DNA of 64,000 nt from Bugula neritina (lineage: Eukaryota; Animalia; Bryozoa): positions 434,001 to 498,000 of the forward strand of contig OZ037770.1 of the NCBI GenBank assembly GCA_964035545.1, given 5' to 3'. The notes under the pieces were generated by a model. It searched no databases. It was not told the origin of the DNA and saw only the letters and a list, made by a program, of their open reading frames with translations. The translations under genes and the position numbers were made by a program. Positions 52,001-64,000 of this stretch are shown one piece after another; the first letter of the stretch is position 1; every line of letters starts with the position of its first letter.

Positions 52001-54337
52001 ACAGAGTCTCAAAACTTCAAAGATGACTACTTTCTGTAATGAATCTGGTGACTGGAATCTGACAAATCTACCAGAATGTGAAAGTAAATCCTATTGTAAA
52101 TCTCATTCTCTTAAATAAAAGGAAATTTCCTGTAACATATATACGTCTGAGCTCAAACCAGGACTATCTTAGTGATTGCCGTAACTATTGAGTTAGTGTC
52201 TAACTTTTTGTTGCCAAAGTCTTGAACTAAGAAAAACAATGGCTTAAAGATCAGTTCTTGTTTGCATGGTTTCAAACCATCAACTGCAAGTCTCAACACG
52301 AAAGACCCGAGTTCTTATAAATTAACAATTCACACTAGTCATAAAAGTTTTAGTAAGATATTTTTATTTTTTTTCGAATGTTTAAAACTGATTTTAGGTT
52401 CAGATCACAGATCTAGCTGATGGTGGTTATTATAGTTAGGACCTTGATCACCGCAACAATATAGCGTATTTGATTATATCTTTCATTCATAGTGCAAACT
52501 TAAAAATAAGTCTGACACGGAACTAATCCCAACAGTTAAAATCGGCAACAAGTAGTGATTTCATAGTTTATTGACCATTTTATAGATCTGTTACTAATTT
52601 AGTTCTGAGTCTTGTATATAAAGTGTAACCAATTAATTTTGACAGGAATTCCCAAAGGGTGCAAGGAATTTCTTTTTAATAACAATAATTTGGAAGAAGG
52701 GAAAGAATACAACATATTTATAAGTATAAAAGACGGAGAAAAAATGAGAGTAAACTGTTCCAAGAAAGGAGAAACAGCATTCACAAAGGTAAATGTAAAA
52801 TATATTCCCTTACCGGGATTCGAACCACAGACCTTCGGCTTGCAAGCAGGCGGGCCAACCAATTACGCTACAAGTGCTTCAGGATTCCAAACAACAGTAA
52901 TAGCTGTAACTTATCACCAATTATCTCTACGCGTATAGCAATGTATATTAATAAAAAAACATGGTGAATGATTAACTAATAAAGCTGTTTATAGAAGGCA
53001 AGACTTGTTAGGATTTTGAGTGACACCAGAAAACATTTTAATTTTCAAAAAATATTTATGAAAACTGACATTTAATTTTATTTTTAAACATTTACTTGGT
53101 AGCAGAGTATATAGTTGTATAACATTCATGTTTTGAAACTGGGAATTCATAAAATTCCATTGATTTTTGAGATGGAGTTTGTGAATTGCATGGAGTATTT
53201 TTCTACACTTTTCCATGACTTTGATTGCGGAAAAATATATAAAATTAAGTAAAGCAGATTATAACTCGAATTGTATTAAATGTGTAGATCCAGGCGTCAG
53301 CAGGGAGGAAGTACAGCATTGAAAACGCCGAGTGCAACTCAAAGGAAAGTAAAATCCTGCCAGGAGTCAGATGGAATAGAGCGAGTGCTTACTGCGCAAA
53401 TATGAGAGAAGTTGAATATCCACTGAGTGAGGACCAGATTTCAGCTATAGTCTCAGACTCTCTGGAGTGCAGCCAAATTGTGAGTCATATTTCCTGTTTT
53501 TTTTGTTCAAATCTCAAACAAATCTCAACTTTTCTGGTTTATGGCAGAAAGTGTGCTGATAAAGGGCTTTCTGCTTATCTGCAGGTAACATACACCTGTG
53601 CTACAGAAGTCAATGCTTTAACCCCCATCATACAGTACAATGGAGAAGAAATGGGTCACCTGTATGGCACCAGAGGGTACAGAGGATTGCCCGTGTTGAG
53701 CAGGCTCCAACAAATAAAATCAGACTGCGATTGTTTTAATCATGACAATAGTTGTGAAAGCCCTTCAGGGTGAGTAGTTTTATAGGTTGCTGGTAGTCAC
53801 CTCACTGAACAATCAGCTTTTTCTGTTTAGAGATAAGGAAGCTAAAGATTGTCTGTCTTTTGTTTCTTGAATGTGGTAAACTCAATACTAATGTTTATAT
53901 TTTGCAACTTTCTTAAGCTACAAGCAAATCCTCAGCACTTTAGAACACGTGTTAGTTATAACTTGCAATGGCTTTGTGGCAGTCAATAATTCTGCATTTT
54001 TCTTAAAAATTTTAAATATATTCATCTAAACATATATTGCCTATTATAATTGTTCCTAATCATAAAATTTTTGTTTTATTGAAAATTTACAGAAGCTCTT
54101 CAAGAGTTGCTTAGTGGTTCTACTGTGTTTTGCAGATGCCGGTGTACAATAATTGGTGGTCCACTTACCGACTCCTTTGACACAATGACAGTCTGGCTGA
54201 ATGCTGACTCTTTGAAATACGTAACAGGCTACCAGTTTGCGCAGCACAACAACAGAGTGTGTGCTAACTACGGAGGAGCAGGAAACATCACTGTCGGGGC
54301 CATCACGTGCGAGCAAAGACTCTCACAATCAAATTGA
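43020..54337 (+). CDS. Secreted protein: signal peptide + 11 sushi/CCP domains + CASPR/neurexin-IV-type fibrinogen-like domain, ~945 aa
   Basis: Exons 43020-43074 (MRWLQVLQLLTLLVSLSD), sushi exons 45247-45450, 47219-47398, 47984-48175, 48307-48489, 48799-48978, 49319-49504, 49967-50158, 50304-50483, 50918-51109, 51249-51428 and 51892-52083 (all phase 1-1; C..P....Y.C..GY....C...G.W....P.C), then 52646-52788, 53288-53479, 53585-53769 and 54136-54337 (PKGCKE..RVNC..AFT; YPLSEDQISAIVSDSLECSQIVTYTC; CDC..C..CRC; TVGAITC). Total 2838 nt, in frame. Confidence 0.85.
44506..45040. repeat. 19-bp minisatellite (TACACTCCTTGTTCTCTTC) x~27
   Basis: Tandem units give 19-aa periodic spurious ORFs. Confidence 0.92.
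52805..52885 (-). mobile_element. tRNA-derived SINE-like copy
   Basis: CCCTTACCGGGATTCGAACCACAGACCTTCGGCTTGCAAGCAGGC...AACCAATTACGCTAC. Confidence 0.7.
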
Positions 54338-55036
54338 TCACTCAGATTGACTTCGAATTACTTTGTAGCAATATTAGACATCACGCTGAACTTGTATTTT
54401 ATATTTTCAATATAATAACTAGTTTTAGAACATGACAAAAATTGACTGTTTGCTAAACATTAATAATCTTATAGTATAGCCACTTTTCTAGTTATTTAGC
54501 AATAAGCTTGGTAGATGTTGAGAATCACTAACATCTAAAATCACTTTTCCTAATATTATATTATTTCATAAAATAATCTGTCAAAATAAACATCAATTCA
54601 GAAATATTTTGTCTGAAGAGAATTATGATGCGTACTAACTAGAGATCAGCATATACATATGGTTTAAAGCTAGACAATGTGAAGACAATATAAGAGCAGT
54701 ACATGCAACTAAAAAATGTGTTATATAATTACACTAATACTATACCAAATGACAGCTAGCACTCTTTTATACGTCTGCACATACCACAAAAGCTCATAAC
54801 AAAAGCATAAAGTAAATGAGAAACAAAATAAAATTTCAATAACTTAAATAATGAAATTATATATAATTTTTTAACTATAATATTGATGTAAATAGTTCTA
54901 TTGAAACTACAATTCACTACAACAATTTGAAAACTAAAAAAAGGGACTGCAAAACTATATAATCAATCTTTCTAATGTAAAAAGCAATCGATTTATCATA
55001 TACCTAATTTATACTCTGAATACAACAAGCGGAGCC

Positions 55037-60644
<5,608 letters not shown>

Positions 60645-60872
60645 TCTATACTTGAGTGAGCTGTGAGGATAAATGTTGGTATAAGACTGTCTACCAGATT
60701 ACTAGATAACACTATTGACATACTGGGGCTATTTAAATACTGTGGCCAGGTTTATCTCGCGGTTTATAGTATTTTAAGTTGGTCATATCAGTAGCTCAAT
60801 TGTTAACACCTTTATGATGTCTCTGTTACTTATTGCATTTTAGACTATGAACATTTGACCGGTACATGATCT

Positions 60873-60874
<2 letters not shown>

Positions 60875-60971
<97 letters not shown>

Positions 60972-61040
60972 TTACATATATTTATATATATTTACATATA
61001 TTTATATATATTTACATATATTTATATATATGCGTGTGTA

Positions 61041-61072
<32 letters not shown>

Positions 61073-61087
61073 TGTGTGTGTGTGTAT
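60875..61087. repeat. (TA)n + (GCGT)n/(GT)n compound microsatellite
   Basis: Direct observation. Confidence 0.9.
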
Positions 61088-61200
61088 AAACTCAGTTTAA
61101 ACTCGGTTTATAAAGCAATAAATGTTAACAATCTTAAAACCATAAACATTAATATACAGTTTATGCTTGCTGTTTAAAATTGTTTTATTAATTGTATATA

Positions 61201-63039
61201 CTATTCTGCTATCACAGGCATTTTTTCAGAGTTGAATTTTGTTATATCAATAGAAGTTTTCCTAACTTGCAGTATTTCAGATTTCATCTTTTCGTCCCAT
61301 CCCCTGGATTTGTTGCTACAAAAATATTTGCATAGATGTACTACATAATGCAATGATATTGATGACATAATGAGCAAATTTTCAATATATTATAGCATGC
61401 AAAAGAGACAAAAACATCAAAAGAAAACACTAGAAACAAATAATTTTCAGATTCAGGCAATCTCAGTAACAAAGTAGATCTCAAAACTTTCAAGTAACAG
61501 AGTGCCAACAAAATAGTTCTGTGTTAGTTCTATTCTCAATGTCTCTTTGGATTTAAATATTCAGCTATATTAAAATGGAGAGAATTATAAAATTTAACTT
61601 TACATACTTTCACAACTAACAGACTTACCAAAGAAATAAGCAAGCTGTAAGCCATAGAGCTCCTGAACTCACGCAAAGTCCAACGAAGGGAACAAAGCTA
61701 ATATCTACAAGTTTTAGAAGAACAAGTTTTTAAATTTTATTAAAAACTAAAGCCAAGTAAACTGCAACTTTTAGCATAACTTAGACAGTAAACTGAAGAA
61801 TAGACTAAAATTTTTTCAAAGTTTAGTTTGTCAATTACTGAAAGCCGTTTTTAAACCCATGCAAACACACTTTAAACATTGCTTAAAGTTCTTATGATAT
61901 GTTTGTTCTAAGTTACCTCTAGAGTCAATTTCCAGTAATACTCGGTTACTTTGGAAACTAGCCAAACCATTGTGAGTAGAGGTCACTGTAATGACTGATT
62001 CACTGACAGCAAAATCATCTATTATAGTTGTGTACTCAGTATTGTTTAGGGTAACCGGTTCGGTGAAGTTACGCTCACTGCACACTCTTGGTCGATTTTT
62101 CTCGCATATTCTAAGTATCAACATCTCAGAAGTCTGAAACATCAGACAGTGTTATTGAACAGCATTTAGTGACTGTTATGCGTAGACAAAACTTTGCCTC
62201 CACTGAGATTCGAACCCGAGACATTTGGCTTGCAAGCAAGTGTTCTAACCATTACACCACAAGGAGTGTTGGCCAAACTCAATACTATACCGAGTGTTGA
62301 TGATGAGTCATTTACAAGTCAGCAGTGTTGGTACTTAAGTGACTAGACTTACATTGGTCAGCTGAATATTCCAAGAGATCTCTATCTTGCCTGACTCTAG
62401 TCTCACTACTTTCACTGCAGTCGGACTGTTTGGTGCTGTCAGAGTAAAATCAAACTCCAGTTATGATGAGAACGCAGCACTTCACAACACAATATAACCT
62501 ATATTCTATAATACCTGTAGGTTTTACTGTTAGACTATGCATACAAAATATGTTTATCTATAGACTATCACTACAGACTATATACCTGCTGATAAATAGA
62601 TTGTCATATTTGATTTTAAATTTTCGGTTGTAATATATACTCTAGACTTACAGGTGATAAGGGCTTAATAAAACACAACAAGTATGCCATGCTTTTCATA
62701 AAATAATGATTATACACGTTGTGATCTTCTCACACATATTATAGGTATATAAACGCAGTATTTTATATATTAAGTAACCTAACCTGAAGAATATTTAAAT
62801 AATTGAAAATCTCATGAACACCTGCAAATAAAAATATTAAATAGGCTACAACAAATGAGAACTTATTTATTACATAAAATACATACGAGTTCTGAAAAAT
62901 GTTGAGACTGGATCGGATGTCTTTACTTCACCACTTTGTTTGGACTCTAACATCATGGTAACCTTGAAACTTCTGCCGTTTGGCAATTTTCCAATGTTTT
63001 CAATAGTTTGTTTATAGATGGGAGAATGTGAATAAGCCC
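61201..63039 (-). CDS. 3' part of a type I membrane protein with FN3 domains, TM helix and short cytoplasmic tail (5' end outside or unresolved)
   Basis: Exons 63039-62887 (KLPNGRSFKVTMML..G..SDPVSTFFRT), 62435-62353 (PPNSPTAVKVVRLESGKIEISW), 62133-61917, 61704-61629 (TM ISFVPFVGLCVSSGALWLTACLFL) and 61315-61201 (tail, TAG). All GT-AG with matching phases; AATAAA follows the stop. Mostly missed by the ORF track. Confidence 0.78.
62192..62289 (-). mobile_element. tRNA-derived SINE-like copy
   Basis: TTTGCCTCCACTGAGATTCGAACCCGAGACATTTGGCTTGCAAGCAAGTGTTCTAACCATTACACCAC...AAACTCAATACTA. Confidence 0.78.
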
Positions 63040-63174
63040 CTGAACAATATAAGGAACAACTTTTACTATACTTATTTATTTAATATGTTATACATTGACC
63101 TTTTCTTAGCTTATATAATAAAATATTTTTGTTATTTTAAGTTTATTATATAAGCTATGAATAAAATATTTTTG

Positions 63175-63250
63175 TAATGCGGCCTGGGGACGTGCAAGCC
63201 TGCACACAGCTCAGCCGGTCCCAAGCTCAGATAAACACAGAGGGTTGACG
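63175..63250 (+). ncRNA. Twister ribozyme remnant at RTE 5' end (partly decayed, P1 5' strand missing)
   Basis: TAA-TGCG-GC-[extended P3 hairpin]-GC-CGG-TCCCAAGC-TCA-GATAAA-CACA-GAGGG follows the twister core order UAA..GC..GCCGGUCCCAAGCCCGGAUAAA....GAGGG. Confidence 0.75.
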
Positions 63251-64000
63251 TCAGGAAGAGCATTCGGCCGTAAAAACCTTGCTACATTAGTACATTATGC
63301 AGGAAGCCAAACGACAATCAGTGAATGTTAGGGCGCACCCCATAAACGACGTGCAACAGGGCTTCCTTCGACCTGCGGTGAGAATACAGTTAGAGGGACA
63401 AATCCAGCAAATCAGGGCGGCCACAGTCAATATCGGAACACTTACAGGGAAAAAGAGAGAGATAGCGGCAATGATGAAAACCAAAAAACTTGAGATCCTA
63501 TGCCTACAAGAAACCAGGTGGACAAGAGGAAAATTTAAAGGGAAAGTTCGAAACCTCGGAGATAGATGTAAACTGTAATACAGTGGTGAAGTGAAACCAA
63601 AAAACAGAGTTGGCATCTGTCTGAATGAGTACTGGCAAGACAAGGTGATAGGCGTAGTAAGAAAATCAGATAGGTTAATAACAATGAAGCTGGTAACATC
63701 TGCAAAGAACTACAATATCATGTCAGCCTATGCCCCGCAGCAGGGCTGTAGTGAGGAGGAGAAAAATGTGTTTTGGAACCAACTAGAAGATGAGATTAAC
63801 CAGATACCAGATAGAAACAGTTGATGTTGACCTAAGATCTGAATAGTCACATAGGACAGTAGAGAACTGGTTACAGAAGATGGCATGGTGGTGAAATAGT
63901 AGGACAGAGAAACCAGGAGGAAGTGCGCATTCTGGAGATTGCTAGGATACATGATTTGGCCATAATAAACATGTTCTCCCACAAGACGAAGAAGCACTTG
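63176..64000 (+). mobile_element. RTE-clade non-LTR retrotransposon, 5' UTR plus disrupted AP-endonuclease region, running off the window
   Basis: ATVNIGTLTGK..LEILCLQETRW, RVGICL, SDRLITMKL, SAYAPQQGCSEEEKNVFW. In-frame TAA at 63576-63578 and disruption after ~63820. Conserved RTE 5'-UTR motif GTCAGGAAGAGCATTCGGCCGTAAAA. Confidence 0.88.

Overview
AT-rich, intron-rich genomic DNA from a metazoan invertebrate (spliceosomal introns, TRIM/sushi/FN3 genes; the organism cannot be fixed from sequence alone). Manual exon chaining gives nine protein-coding models. These are the intronless 3' part of a large TPR-array protein (+), a 5-exon MGST3 (-), a 6-exon secreted LRR protein with a probable GPI signal (+), two tandem 7-exon TRIM paralogs (+), an 8-exon signal-anchored JmjC oxygenase (-), a 16-exon secreted 11x sushi + CASPR-type fibrinogen-like protein (+), a 9-exon ankyrin + non-RD kinase (-) and the 3' part of an FN3-TM receptor (-). 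Mobile DNA includes a hAT element with a perfect 8-bp TSD, several MITEs/foldbacks, tRNA-derived SINE-like copies and a decayed RTE LINE. The most notable observations are: (1) a perfect 99-bp inverted repeat between (TA)n tracts whose arms each encode a type I hammerhead ribozyme, one per strand; (2) a twister ribozyme remnant whose cleavage site coincides with the RTE 5' end; (3) an in-frame splice route that could fuse the FN3-TM receptor to the ankyrin/non-RD kinase; (4) TPR repeats variable at a few fixed positions; (5) a general innate-immunity character of the neighbourhood. All exon boundaries and RNA structures were derived by eye and are unverified by computation.
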